A stretch of DNA of 64,000 nt, from positions 7,187-71,186 of the forward strand of contig CAVXLJ010000025.1 in assembly GCA_963762605.1 (NCBI GenBank), read 5' to 3'. This DNA comes from an uncultured Alphaproteobacteria bacterium (lineage in GTDB: Bacteria; Pseudomonadota; Alphaproteobacteria; Rhizobiales; Kaistiaceae). A program made the translations under genes and the position numbers. Below the pieces are notes generated by a model. The model saw nothing but the letters and a program-made list of their open reading frames with translations, made no database searches and was not told the DNA's origin. Shown piece by piece: positions 23,438 to 33,316 of this stretch. Positions within the stretch are counted from its first letter, which is position 1. The number at the start of each line of letters is the position of its first letter.

Positions 23438-24718
23438 TCAGTTCTTTGCCGCGTCGTCGTGCTCCAGACGCAATCCGTGCGTCGCCAGGCCGCCGACGAT
23501 GCTGCCGCTGGTCGGCAACAGCGGGATCAGGCAGGCCTGCAAGGAATGATAGATGTCCGGCCGGCCGAAGAACGGCCCGGTCGTGGGCACCAGATCGTCG
23601 TTCACCTGCGGCCGCCAGCTGCCATTGCTGCGGTCGATGAGGTGCGTCGCGCACCAGTCCCAGATGCGGCGATACCATTCCTCGTAGACCGGTGCGCCAT
23701 CGATGGCGTTCAGGAAGCTCGCGGCGCCGATCCCCTCGGTGCACGGCCACCAATAGCGGTCGCGCACCAGCGGACGCACATCGTGATCGAGCGTGTAGTA
23801 GAAGCCGCCGGTCACCGGATCCCAGCCGTCGGCCACCGCCTTGCCGAACAGCGCGCGCGATGCGTCGGGCAGCCAATCGAGGCGGCGCCCGCCCAGTTCC
23901 CACAACTGCAACAGCAGGCGGGCCCATTCCAGAGAATGGCCCGGCGTGGTGCCGGGCGGATGGAACATCGGATCGCCGACATAATCGTTGTCGGCCTGCC
24001 AATCCCGGGTGAAATGCTCCGGCAGGTGCCAGCCATTGCCGGCCGCCGCACGGCGGATGAGCAGGTCGGCGATCCGCTCGGCCTTGGCGAGATAAGCGTG
24101 GTCGTCGGTCACCTCGAAGGCCGCCATCAGCGCCTCGGTGAGATGCATGTTGGCGTTCTGGCCGCGATAGCTGCTCTTCGGCTGCCAGTCGCAGGTGAAC
24201 TCCTCGGCCACCGCGCCGTGCTGCTCTTCCCAGAAGTGGTCGTTGAGGATCGCCGTCGCGTCGGCAAGCAGCCGGTCGGCATCCGGATGCCCGGCGGCCT
24301 TGGCGCTCGACGCAGCCAGCAGCACGAAGGCGTGGCCGTAGGCCTGCTTGCTGTCGTCGACCGGACCGTCGTCGCCCATCGCCCAGAAGTAGCCGCCGTT
24401 TTCGCGGTCGCGATGCCGGTTCCACAGGAAGTCCATCCCGTGATCGATTATCGCCTCGGCACCCGGCCGGCCCATCAGATGGGCGATGGAGAAGCAGTGA
24501 ACCATGCGTGCCGTTGCCTGCACCTGGCGGGCAAACGCATCTTTCGGGCCGCCGACAAGGGGGTTGCCGTCGTCACCGAGATCGCGGAAACCGCCGGCGG
24601 GATCGATGCTCGCCCCTTCGAAGAAATCGAGCAGGGCACTGGCATGGTCAAGCAGCCAGGTCCGGTGGCCGGTCAGCGTGACCCATTTCCGGCCAGCCAC
24701 CACATCCCCGGAGTGCAT
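23438..24718 (-). CDS. AGE-family (N-acylglucosamine 2-epimerase-like) sugar epimerase/isomerase
   Basis: This is the MHSGDVVAGRKW... part of ORF 23438..25009. It has (alpha/alpha)6-barrel AGE-like motifs (GGFRDL, ENGGYFWAM, HLPEHF, YWWPCTEGIGA). It is the last gene of the sugar ABC operon. Confidence 0.75.
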   Translation of the reverse strand: MHSGDVVAGRKWVTLTGHRTWLLDHASALLDFFEGASIDPAGGFRDLGDDGNPLVGGPKDAFARQVQATARMVHCFSIAHLMGRPGAEAIIDHGMDFLWNRHRDRENGGYFWAMGDDGPVDDSKQAYGHAFVLLAASSAKAAGHPDADRLLADATAILNDHFWEEQHGAVAEEFTCDWQPKSSYRGQNANMHLTEALMAAFEVTDDHAYLAKAERIADLLIRRAAAGNGWHLPEHFTRDWQADNDYVGDPMFHPPGTTPGHSLEWARLLLQLWELGGRRLDWLPDASRALFGKAVADGWDPVTGGFYYTLDHDVRPLVRDRYWWPCTEGIGAASFLNAIDGAPVYEEWYRRIWDWCATHLIDRSNGSWRPQVNDDLVPTTGPFFGRPDIYHSLQACLIPLLPTSGSIVGGLATHGLRLEHDDAAKN

Positions 24719-24735
24719 GATCCGTCTCCCAATCC

Positions 24736-25501
24736 TCAAGCCACCGCCGCGTCGTCGCGCGCGCCGACCATATATTGCACGAGCTCCTCGGTGGTGGTTT
24801 CCGCGCTCTTCTTCTCGGTCACCTTGCGGCCGCGATGCATGACCATCAGCCGGTCGGCGACGGCGAAGACGTCGGGCAGCGTGTGGCTGATCAGGATGAC
24901 GGGCACCCCCTTGTCGCGCAGCCGCCGGATGAGGTCGAGCACCTTCTTCTGCTCGGGTACGCCGAGGTTGTTGGTCGGCTCGTCCATGATCATCAGCTTG
25001 GCGTCCCAATAGACCGCGCGGGCGATCGCCACCGCCTGGCGTTGGCCGCCCGACAGGTTCTCAATCGGCGCCGTAAGGGTCGGGAAGCGGATGCCGAGCG
25101 CCTGCAAGGCGGCCGCCGATTCGTCCTGCATCCTGCGGTCGTTGAGGGTGTTGACGAGACCGCCGAGATAACGCCGCTTGACTTCGCGCCCGAGGAAGAT
25201 GTTGGCGCCGACGTCGAGATTGTTGGCCAGCGCCAGATCCTGATAAATCGTCTCGATGCCCTCCCGGCGCGCATCGATCGGCGTGGCAAATTCACAGCGC
25301 CGGCCGTGGAAGAAGATCTCGCCGTCGTCCGGCGGATGGACGCCGGCAACGCATTTGATCAGGGTCGACTTGCCGGCACCGTTGTCGCCGAGCAGCCCGA
25401 CGACCTCGCCCGGGAAAGATGTCCCAATCGACGTGATCGACGGCAGTCAGGCCGCCGAAGCGCTTGGTTAGCTTGCGGATGGAAAGGATCGCATCGCCCA
25501 T
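24736..25501 (-). pseudogene. Sugar ABC transporter ATP-binding protein with a 1-nt insertion near 25408..25411
   Basis: ORF 25292..25501 reads MGDAILSIRKLTKRFGGLTAVDHVDWDIFPG and then goes off-frame. Shifting one base restores EVVGLLGDNGAGKSTLIK (Walker A) and runs into ORF 24736..25131, which carries LSGGQRQAVAIARA and LMIMDEPT. The extra base lies in a CCCGGG run. Confidence 0.85.
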
Positions 25502-25503
25502 CG

Positions 25504-26661
25504 CTATGCCCCCGCGTCCTTGCCGCGACCGAGCAGGAGGTCGCGCGACTGGTCGATGAGGACGGCGATGATGACGACCGCCCCGACGACGATGTATTGC
25601 CAGAACGCCTGCACGTTGAGCATGACCAGCCCCGTCGTCAGCACTGCGATGATCAGCGCGCCGATGACGGTGCCCATGATGGTGCCGGCGCCGCCGAACA
25701 GGCTGACGCCGCCGATGATGACCGCGGCGATCGAGGAGAGCAGCAGCGGATCACCGATGACGGCCGAGCCCGCGGTATAGCGGAGCGTCGACAGGAAGCC
25801 GGCGATGCCGGCGGTGGCCGCCGAAAGCGCATAGATGCCGATGATGCGCCGGTCGACGGGAATGCCGGCGCGCCGCGCCGCCTCGATGTTGCCGCCGATG
25901 GCATAGGTGTGCCGGCCGAATTGCGTCCGGTGCAGGATGAACATCGCGATAGCGACCACGACGGCGGTTACCACCACCGGCCAGGACAAGATGCGGTCGA
26001 GCTGGCGCAGCATGTCGGTCGCCAGCGGCGGCGGATGGAGGAAGTAGATGCCCGCCTGGTCGCCGCCGCGCACCAGGTAGAACATCGATTCGTTGCCGTA
26101 GGCGCGGATGTTGGGTAGGCCGATGACAGTGGTGTTCTCCGACCACAGCAGCGCGACACCGCGCATGATGAAGGAGACGCCGAGGGTGACGATGAACGCC
26201 GGGACTTTGAGCTTGGCGATGATGGTGCCGCTGATCGCGCCGACGACAGCCGAGCCGGCGGTGCCGACGACCAAGCCCCAGACCACCGCCAGCCAGACCG
26301 GCGCCCCCATGTGCCAGGCACTGCGAATGGCGAGCGCCGAGATCACCGAGGCGAAGCTCATGACCCAGCCGACCGACAGATCGATGCCGGCCGAGATGAT
26401 GACGAAGGTCTGCCCGAGGCCGAGCAGGACGATCGGCGTGATGGCGACCAGGATGTTCTGGGAATTGCGGACGCTGACGAATGTGGCCGAGCTGAAGAGC
26501 TGGACGCTGACAACGAAGAAAAGCAGCATCAGCGCCAGGAAGGCCCAGGCCCATCCCCGGCTGAGGATCAGGAGGAACCGCGCCGTCGTCGACAGCTGAG
26601 CGCCGGCCGGCGCGGGCGGCTCCATGATTTCCGATTGTTGGGTTGTCACTTCGCTCTCCAC
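25504..26661 (-). CDS. Sugar ABC transporter permease (RbsC/AraH-like)
   Basis: 385 aa polytopic protein typical of the ribose/xylose-type permease family. The start (GTG 26661 or ATG 26625) is uncertain. Confidence 0.85.
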   Translation of the reverse strand: MESEVTTQQSEIMEPPAPAGAQLSTTARFLLILSRGWAWAFLALMLLFFVVSVQLFSSATFVSVRNSQNILVAITPIVLLGLGQTFVIISAGIDLSVGWVMSFASVISALAIRSAWHMGAPVWLAVVWGLVVGTAGSAVVGAISGTIIAKLKVPAFIVTLGVSFIMRGVALLWSENTTVIGLPNIRAYGNESMFYLVRGGDQAGIYFLHPPPLATDMLRQLDRILSWPVVVTAVVVAIAMFILHRTQFGRHTYAIGGNIEAARRAGIPVDRRIIGIYALSAATAGIAGFLSTLRYTAGSAVIGDPLLLSSIAAVIIGGVSLFGGAGTIMGTVIGALIIAVLTTGLVMLNVQAFWQYIVVGAVVIIAVLIDQSRDLLLGRGKDAGA

Positions 26662-26752
26662 TGGTCGGCGCGGCGCCTGTCGGGCAGGCCGGGGCCGGGA
26701 AGCGTGAGCGAGCCCACGCTTCCCGGCGACGCTTGACCTAGAGCCGGCAGTT

Positions 26753-27748
26753 CTAGCCGCCGGGCACCTGGTAGATGAAGCGCGCGTAGTTCGGATCGTT
26801 GACGTTCGACTTGTCGATGATCGCGAACCCGGTGCTCACATGGCGCGGCAGGCTGGTGACGCCGGCGGCATCGGCCGCGGCGAATTCCACCGCCAAATAG
26901 CCCATGTCAAACGGCTTCTGCGCCAGAACCATCGAGACGGTGCCCTGGTTGAGCATCTCGATAGCGGCCTTGGTGGCATCGTAGGCAACCACCTGGATCT
27001 TGCCAGCAAGGCCGGCATTGACCACCGCAGTGCCGGCGCCCTGGGCGCTGAACACGTTGGTGCCGAACACGCCGGCGAGATCGGCGTTCTGCTCGATCAC
27101 GGCGGCCGTCTGCTGGGTGGCCTTGTTCTGGTCGTCGCCGTTGTAGTCGGGGCCGATGACCTTGATGTTCGGATAGTCCTTGGCCATCACTTCCTTGAAG
27201 CCTTCAGCGCGGCCGTCGGTGGAGCTGATGCCCGGATTGACCGAGTTGATGTAGACCGTGCCCTTGCCGCCGATTGCCTTGGCCAGGCCGCGGGCGACGA
27301 TGCGACCGCCCTCGACGTTGTCGGAACCGATGTAGCTCAGCGGAAACTTCACTGGACCGTTGACGTAGTCACCGTTGCCCAGGAACGTGTCGACCGTGAT
27401 GATCTTGATGCCGGCGTCGACGGCTGCCTGCATCGGCGCGATCATCTGATTCTGATCGACCGGCGCGGTAATGATGTAGTTGAGGTCGCCGCGCGCGATC
27501 ATCGCGTTGAGCAGCGGCGTCTCTGCCTCGACGCCCCAGGTCGGCGGCACCTGCGTCACGACGTCGATGCCGAGGTCCTTGGCGGCCGCTTCGACACCGA
27601 GCTGCATGACCTGATAGAACGGGTCTACGGTGCCCGGCAGGAAGCCGATCTTGATCTTGCCTTGGGCATTGGCGCCCTGCGCGCCAAACGCCATCGCACC
27701 GGCAACGGCCAGAGCCGCCACCATCGAAACCTTACGCATGCGTTCCAT
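26753..27748 (-). CDS. Sugar ABC transporter substrate-binding protein (RbsB-like)
   Basis: The ATG at 27748 (MERMRKVS) follows AAGGAGG. It has a signal peptide and a periplasmic binding protein type I fold pattern. Confidence 0.85.
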   Translation of the reverse strand: MERMRKVSMVAALAVAGAMAFGAQGANAQGKIKIGFLPGTVDPFYQVMQLGVEAAAKDLGIDVVTQVPPTWGVEAETPLLNAMIARGDLNYIITAPVDQNQMIAPMQAAVDAGIKIITVDTFLGNGDYVNGPVKFPLSYIGSDNVEGGRIVARGLAKAIGGKGTVYINSVNPGISSTDGRAEGFKEVMAKDYPNIKVIGPDYNGDDQNKATQQTAAVIEQNADLAGVFGTNVFSAQGAGTAVVNAGLAGKIQVVAYDATKAAIEMLNQGTVSMVLAQKPFDMGYLAVEFAAADAAGVTSLPRHVSTGFAIIDKSNVNDPNYARFIYQVPGG

Positions 27749-28109
27749 GTTTTCCTCCTTGTTGCCGACCATTGCTGCGTATCGAGATGAAATCAGCGGT
27801 GGGCTGCCGACGTCATTTCAGGTGTAGGCCCATTTGACCGCGCGACAGTCCTCGTCGCTTGGGCATCGGCCGACCACACGATCGATCGCACCCGGTCGAG
27901 GGCGGATCGTCGCGCGCTCCTGGTAAAATCGGAAAAGACTTTCGACCGGCTCGACCTGAGGGGCGCGGCGACTGAGCGCAGAAAGCGCTTCGGCGGTTCC
28001 GATGCTGGCGAGCATCGTCCGTGCCGACCGCCCTCGCCCGAAAAGTGCGCGGGCTAGCGAGCGCATTCGAATTTTCCTCCCCGGAACTGCTCTATGGCAG
28101 CCCCTTATT

Positions 28110-28145
28110 TTACGCGCGTAACATTACATTTAACGCGAGACGCGT
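28110..28145. promoter_or_regulatory. Candidate LacI-type operator palindromes
   Basis: TTACGCGCGTAA (28110..28121) is a perfect 12-bp palindrome. ACGCG-AGA-CGCGT (28133..28145) is a second inverted repeat. Both lie between the divergent sugar-ABC operon and the LacI gene. Confidence 0.35.
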
Positions 28146-28234
28146 GTCAAGCTTATAAAGTTGCGTTCGCGTGCAGACTCCGTCTACTATGTTGCGGCGG
28201 TCGCAGGCCGTCGCACCAATCAGCATTCCCACCG

Positions 28235-29260
28235 ATGGCCACTGACGCCGCTCACACCATGCAGGACTTCGCCCGACTGATCGGACTGTCACGTCCGACC
28301 GTGTCGCGCTTTTTTGCCGATCCCGATTCGGTGCGCCCGCGCACCCGCAAGCTGATCGAGGAGGGCATCCGCAACTACGGCTACAGCCCGAACTTCTTCG
28401 CCTCCAATCTCACGCGCCGCTCGCCCCGGGCCATCGGCATCATCGTGCCGTCGATCATCGATCCGTTCTTCGGCGAACTGGTCAGCACGATCGAACTCTA
28501 TGCCGAGGATCGCAGCTATCTCACTGTGCTGCAGTGCTCGCACAACGACACGGCTCTGGAGCGCCGGGCACTTTCCCGATTGATGGCGATGGACGTTGCG
28601 GGAATCGCCATGGCCCCCCTCGGGTTCCGCTCCGACATCGCCGCCGTCGAGCATGCCATGGAGCAGGTGCCGATCCTCTTCATGGACTCGCGCCTGCGTG
28701 ACGGGGTGCCCTATGTCGGCACCAACAATCGAACCAGCATGGCGCTCATGGTGGATTATCTGTGCCGCTCGGGTTCGCCGCCGGCGCTGTTCACCATGCC
28801 GGCGGTGAACGCCAACATACGGGAACGGTGCGAGGCCTACTGCGACCGCATGCGCGAACTCGGTCACGAGCCGCGCATCCTCAATCCCGAGGACGGACCG
28901 GTCGGTGACGAGTACGAGCGCTACGGCTTCGAGCGGTTCCTCAGCCTGCCCTCCGAAAGGCTGGCCGGCGTCGATACCATCCTTTGTTCCAACGATCGGG
29001 TGGCGTTCGGGCTGTTGGCGGCGGCAAAACGGCTGGGAATTAGTGTCGGAACCGGGCCGGGCAACACTCTGCGAGTAGGTTCGCACGACGGTCAACGCTT
29101 CGGCGCTTTCGCCTCGCCGTCGCTGACGACATCGGGCCAGAACATCCGCGGAATTGGGGAGCGGGCGGCCAAGACCCTGATCGACCTGGAGAATGGCGGG
29201 GAGCTTCCACAGGAAGATATTCTGCTCGACGGAACGCTGATCTTCCGCGATTCCGCCTAG
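28235..29260 (+). CDS. LacI family transcriptional regulator
   Basis: This is the MATDAAHTMQDFARLIGLSRPTVSRFF... part of ORF 28094..29260, with an HTH plus a periplasmic-binding-like effector domain. Confidence 0.85.
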   Translation: MATDAAHTMQDFARLIGLSRPTVSRFFADPDSVRPRTRKLIEEGIRNYGYSPNFFASNLTRRSPRAIGIIVPSIIDPFFGELVSTIELYAEDRSYLTVLQCSHNDTALERRALSRLMAMDVAGIAMAPLGFRSDIAAVEHAMEQVPILFMDSRLRDGVPYVGTNNRTSMALMVDYLCRSGSPPALFTMPAVNANIRERCEAYCDRMRELGHEPRILNPEDGPVGDEYERYGFERFLSLPSERLAGVDTILCSNDRVAFGLLAAAKRLGISVGTGPGNTLRVGSHDGQRFGAFASPSLTTSGQNIRGIGERAAKTLIDLENGGELPQEDILLDGTLIFRDSA

Positions 29261-30798
29261 TGACCTTCCTCCCGGGCAATGCGCGCCAGCTCGACATCGA
29301 CCGGCCACAGGATCGACTGCAGCTGGTCGAAAGCAGCGCGCCGCACGTCTTGGTAACGTCGGATGAGATCGTCATCCGGCTCGACGACATGTTCGCGCCG
29401 GTCGAGGGCAGCCAGCGCCACCTCAAGATTTGCCCATAAACCGGCGGCAATACCGCCGAGCAGGGCGGCGCCGAGCGCAGTGGCCTCCGATTCGTCGACG
29501 ACGGTAACGGGCCGGCCGAAGGCATTCGCCTTAATGGCGACCAGAAGCGGGTTGCGCGCACCACCACTGATCAGGTGGATGCGGTCAGGCGCCGGCACGC
29601 CCTTCAGCCGGGCGACGGCATCGACGATGAAGGCCGCGCGCATCGCCAGGCCCTCGAGCATGGCGCGATAGAGCGTCCCGCGTGTGGCGTTGGCGGTCAG
29701 CCCGATGAAGGCGCCGCGCACCGGATGCTCCGGGTCGGACGAGGTCTGGCCGAACATGTGCGGCAGGAAGACAATGCCCTCGCTGCCCGCCGGAACCGCC
29801 TCCCCTTCGGCGATGAGCGCCTCGTGCGGCGGATGGCCGACCAGATCGCGGAACCATTCGACGGCGCTGCCGGAATAGGCGACGGCGGCGCCGAGATAGT
29901 AGAGCGAGCGATGCGCTTCAAAGGCGCCCTGAAACAGGTTCAGCCTGGGCAGCATCGGATCGAAGGACGGCTGCGCCATGGCCAGCACCAGCGCTTCCGC
30001 CGTGCCGATGCTGTCGATCATCGTCCCCTGCACGCTCATGCCGGCAGCCATCGCCCCGCAGACGTGATCATGGGCCCCGACGCCGACCACCGGGTTGCCG
30101 GCTATGCCGGTCGCCGCCAGCACATCGGGACGCACCGGCCCGAGCGGTGTGCCGCTGGCTGTGAGCGGCGCCAGCGCCGAGGTATCGAGACCGGAGAGAG
30201 AGATGAGCTCATCGGCCCATTGGCGGCGGCTGAGATCGAGATAGAGCGTGCGCGAGGCGAGCGTGAAGTCGGTGGCCGCCACGCCCGACAGGCGGAAAGC
30301 GATCCAGTCGGCGATCATCAGGACCCTGCGTGCCCGCCGCATGGCGTCCGGCCAGTGCGTGCGCATCCATATCAGCTTGCTGAGCGTGTAGATGTGGTCA
30401 AGCTGCAGGCCGGTGACGGCGAACACCGGCTCGACACCAAGTGTTGTGCGCAGCGTCCGTCCTACCTCTTCGGTGCGCTCGTCGAACCAGGCGATCGACG
30501 GCGCCAGCGGCTTTCCCGCCTCGTCGAGGAGCACGCAGCTCTCGCCGACGCTGGCCACCGCAATGCCCGCAACCGGCCTGCCGGCGAGCGAGCGCGCCAC
30601 CTCGCCAAGGCACTCCGTGACGGCAGTGAACAACGCCTCGGGATCGTATTCGCAACGATCCGGCGCCGGGTGCTGTGCCGGCGTCGGCCGGTGCGCCCAG
30701 GCGACCTGATTGCCGCGCGCGTCGAAGGCCAGCGCCCGCACCGACTGCGTTCCGACGTCGATGCCGATCAGGAAGGGCGGTTGCAAGTCCTCTGCCAT
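29257..30798 (-). CDS. FGGY-family carbohydrate kinase
   Basis: 513 aa. N-terminal FLIGIDVGTQSVRALAFD and a C-terminal FGGY domain. Its stop overlaps the convergent LacI stop (CTAG). Confidence 0.85.
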   Translation of the reverse strand: MAEDLQPPFLIGIDVGTQSVRALAFDARGNQVAWAHRPTPAQHPAPDRCEYDPEALFTAVTECLGEVARSLAGRPVAGIAVASVGESCVLLDEAGKPLAPSIAWFDERTEEVGRTLRTTLGVEPVFAVTGLQLDHIYTLSKLIWMRTHWPDAMRRARRVLMIADWIAFRLSGVAATDFTLASRTLYLDLSRRQWADELISLSGLDTSALAPLTASGTPLGPVRPDVLAATGIAGNPVVGVGAHDHVCGAMAAGMSVQGTMIDSIGTAEALVLAMAQPSFDPMLPRLNLFQGAFEAHRSLYYLGAAVAYSGSAVEWFRDLVGHPPHEALIAEGEAVPAGSEGIVFLPHMFGQTSSDPEHPVRGAFIGLTANATRGTLYRAMLEGLAMRAAFIVDAVARLKGVPAPDRIHLISGGARNPLLVAIKANAFGRPVTVVDESEATALGAALLGGIAAGLWANLEVALAALDRREHVVEPDDDLIRRYQDVRRAAFDQLQSILWPVDVELARIAREEGH

Positions 30799-30833
30799 AC
30801 GCGTTGACCGCGCTTCTTCGTGACCGGCCGCGG

Positions 30834-31820
30834 TCAGCCCTGCAACACCGGATCGGTGATCACGATGTCCTCGGCGAGCGGACGGTCGGGCGTGAGCTTG
30901 TTCTTCGCCAGGCCGTCATGATAGACGCGCACCGCCTCGTCGGGCTTGATCTCACCTTCGACCACGGCGCGCATGAGACGGACGAGCGCGATCGGATCCT
31001 CGGCAAAGTTGATCTTGCGGCCGAACAGGGCAACCCGTGCACCGTACTTCGCCGCCTGCCCGATGAGCTCGAAGGTGTCGCGGGTGGTCCCTTTGGAACC
31101 GCCGAGAATGCCCGGAATCAGATACCCCGGATCGTAGGCGGCCAGCTCCTCCATGGCGCGGGCGCCGTTGTACTTGATTTTCAGGAACGTCGGCTGTTCG
31201 GCGCTCATCACACCGGCGAGCACGCGCACGACGTTGTCGTTGATGAAGGAAGCGAGGTCGGCGCCGTCCTTGAGGCGGATGTCGAAGGTCGGATTGAACA
31301 CCTCGAGGAAGTGCCGCATGCCGTAGGTGGCTGCCTCCGCCCGGAAGGCCGAATAGGCCTCGGCATTGATGACGTCGATGTCGCGCTGATTGGAGAAGGT
31401 GACCGAATAGAGCCCGAGGTCGGCGTATTTGCGCGCCTGGTCGAGACGCGCCGTGCGGTGATGGCGCGACGGCTCCTCGTTGTAGCGCGCGCCACGCGCC
31501 GCCCAGATGTCGGTCGTATCGTTGAGGCGGATGGCCGGCGTCACCGGGCTATCCTTGAACAGGCCCTCCTCCGACAGGCGTTCGGCGGCAGAGGCCGACA
31601 CCAGCATGATGTCGACGAGGCCGGAGCGGGTCATCTCCCGGATTCTGTCGAGATAGACCGACCGTGTGGCAAGGCGGCCGGGCCGCGCCCGGTCCGGTCC
31701 CGGGGAGGTCATCCCGAAACCGACATCTGCGTCCTTGGCGTCGGCCATGATGAAGTCGGCGGGGCCGTATTCGCCGCCGCGAATGCGAGCGAGTTTATGT
31801 TCGAGGCTTTTTTTGTTCAT
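30834..31820 (-). CDS. Uncharacterised predicted (beta/alpha)8 barrel protein, possibly class I aldolase-like
   Basis: 328 aa. It shows an alternating strand/helix pattern with DFIMADAKD, a Lys in FLKIKYNG and ILGGSKG. I recognise no defined family with certainty. Confidence 0.6.
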   Translation of the reverse strand: MNKKSLEHKLARIRGGEYGPADFIMADAKDADVGFGMTSPGPDRARPGRLATRSVYLDRIREMTRSGLVDIMLVSASAAERLSEEGLFKDSPVTPAIRLNDTTDIWAARGARYNEEPSRHHRTARLDQARKYADLGLYSVTFSNQRDIDVINAEAYSAFRAEAATYGMRHFLEVFNPTFDIRLKDGADLASFINDNVVRVLAGVMSAEQPTFLKIKYNGARAMEELAAYDPGYLIPGILGGSKGTTRDTFELIGQAAKYGARVALFGRKINFAEDPIALVRLMRAVVEGEIKPDEAVRVYHDGLAKNKLTPDRPLAEDIVITDPVLQG

Positions 31821-31983
31821 GATTGAGCTGACCTAATGCCGCCGTGACCGCGCTCGGCCCGGATGTGCGAGGGATGTCAAACTTTGGTTGGACGTTGTCA
31901 ATGCGTCCCGGTGCCGTGGGGGCGTTGCGAACGGGACGAGGCAATCAAAGGGGAACACGGAGGCGGTACTGACGCACAAACGA

Positions 31984-33267
31984 TCACTTCTCGACCGTCG
32001 CGCCCCACCGCTCGATCGCCGCTGCCAGCTCCGGATAATCCTTCTCCGATCCGTCGAACCTCCCCTGCCTCATCATCAGGTCGATCCCCTGCCGGAATGC
32101 GGTCGCCCCGGCCGTGGCACCCATCGGGTGCGCGTAGATCGCCCCGCCAGCCCCCACCACGAAGTCTCGCCCCAGGTCAGCGAAGGCCCGCGGCAGGTGG
32201 CCCGGCTTGAACGCGCCGCCGACGATCGGCCACGCCCCGGGCTTATCGTGCAGCGGCGCCCGCAAGCCGAGGCTCATGCGCAGGTATTTTTCGCGCAACA
32301 GCGGGAACTTGCCGAACGGCGTCGGGATGGTCAGCAGGTCAACGCCCGCCAGCCGCGGCAGCTTGCCGTAGAGCAGCGTCGACGTGACCCCGTGCCGCGA
32401 ACTCCCATACAGCGCCCCGCCGAAATCCAGGTGTGCCAGAATCGGCACGTTGACCTTGCGGTTGCGCGCCAGCGACGACAACAGCCCGAGCCCTGCCGTC
32501 AGGAAGTTGATCATCACCCCGGTCGCTCCCGCTTCGACCGCCTTCTCCGCCTTGCTGAGCGCACGCTCGGGCTCATCGGTGACGTTGACCATGTAGAGCT
32601 TCTTCTCGCCCGTCTCCAATTCTGCCTGGCGCAGCTTCTTGGTGAACAGCTCCACCCGCCGCAGCACCGGCGAAAAGTCGGTGTCGGCCAGCACTTCGTC
32701 GTCCTTGATGATGTCCGCACCGCCGATCGCCGCCGCGTACAGCCGCTCGGCCCCCTGCTCGGGCGAAATCCCGATCGACGGCTTGATCATGGTGTTCAAG
32801 AGCGGCCGATCCGGCACCCCGAGCAGCTTGCGGATCCCTTGAATCCCGAACTGCGGCCCGGGCAGCGCGTCCGCGAGCGGCTTCGGGAATGTCAGCTCAA
32901 GGAGCTTGATGTCGCCGATCATCGAGATGTTGCCGAACACCGTCGTCAGCAGCATCGGGATCTGCCCGGCGAAGTTCCTCCACGGAAAGGCCAGCTGGAA
33001 CACGAACTCCCGCTCGTCGCTCCGCTGCGCCGCCTCGTTCTCCACGTCCGGGATCTCGAAGACGTTCACCACCTTCGCCCGGTGGTCGCGCAGCATCTCC
33101 GGCGTCACCCCCGGCACCTCTACCCATGTGCCGGTCGACTGCTCGTTGGCCGCTCCCGCCAGCAACTTCGAGATGTCCGACGACGGCGTGCGCAGCAGAT
33201 AGGTTGCCACCAGATGGTCAGACAATTTCGGGTCCTCGGGCAGGACGAACTGGTCGAGAGCGGCCAT
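31984..33267 (-). CDS. Form IV RuBisCO-like protein (RLP)
   Basis: 427 aa. RuBisCO large-subunit landmarks are present: NTMIKPSIGISPEQ (K175 equivalent kept, K177 replaced by Ser), GGADIIKDDEVL (K201/D203/E204 equivalents) and ILAHLDFGG. No small-subunit or cbb genes lie nearby. Confidence 0.88.
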   Translation of the reverse strand: MAALDQFVLPEDPKLSDHLVATYLLRTPSSDISKLLAGAANEQSTGTWVEVPGVTPEMLRDHRAKVVNVFEIPDVENEAAQRSDEREFVFQLAFPWRNFAGQIPMLLTTVFGNISMIGDIKLLELTFPKPLADALPGPQFGIQGIRKLLGVPDRPLLNTMIKPSIGISPEQGAERLYAAAIGGADIIKDDEVLADTDFSPVLRRVELFTKKLRQAELETGEKKLYMVNVTDEPERALSKAEKAVEAGATGVMINFLTAGLGLLSSLARNRKVNVPILAHLDFGGALYGSSRHGVTSTLLYGKLPRLAGVDLLTIPTPFGKFPLLREKYLRMSLGLRAPLHDKPGAWPIVGGAFKPGHLPRAFADLGRDFVVGAGGAIYAHPMGATAGATAFRQGIDLMMRQGRFDGSEKDYPELAAAIERWGATVEK

Positions 33268-33316
33268 CGCTTGCTTCCTTTCAGTGGATTGCTCGCGCGC
33301 GGTCGGCAGCGTTCCC

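Noticed and set aside
23355-25012. ORFs 23355..24425 (minus), 23459..25012 (plus) and the N-terminal 97 codons of 23438..25009
   Set aside because: These are shadow frames of the AGE epimerase gene. The 5' extension of the epimerase ORF is Arg-rich and overlaps the ABC ATPase gene, so the ATG at 24718 was chosen.
27818-28066. 82-aa minus-strand ORF between the SBP gene and the LacI gene
   Set aside because: It has no RBS and no recognisable domain, and its composition is Arg/Ala-rich. It is possibly real, but I cannot support a call.
31984-33267. Calling the RLP a bona fide CO2-fixing RuBisCO (cbbL/cbbM)
   Set aside because: The K177 equivalent is Ser. There is no small subunit, phosphoribulokinase or other cbb gene nearby, and the context is sugar-acid catabolism.
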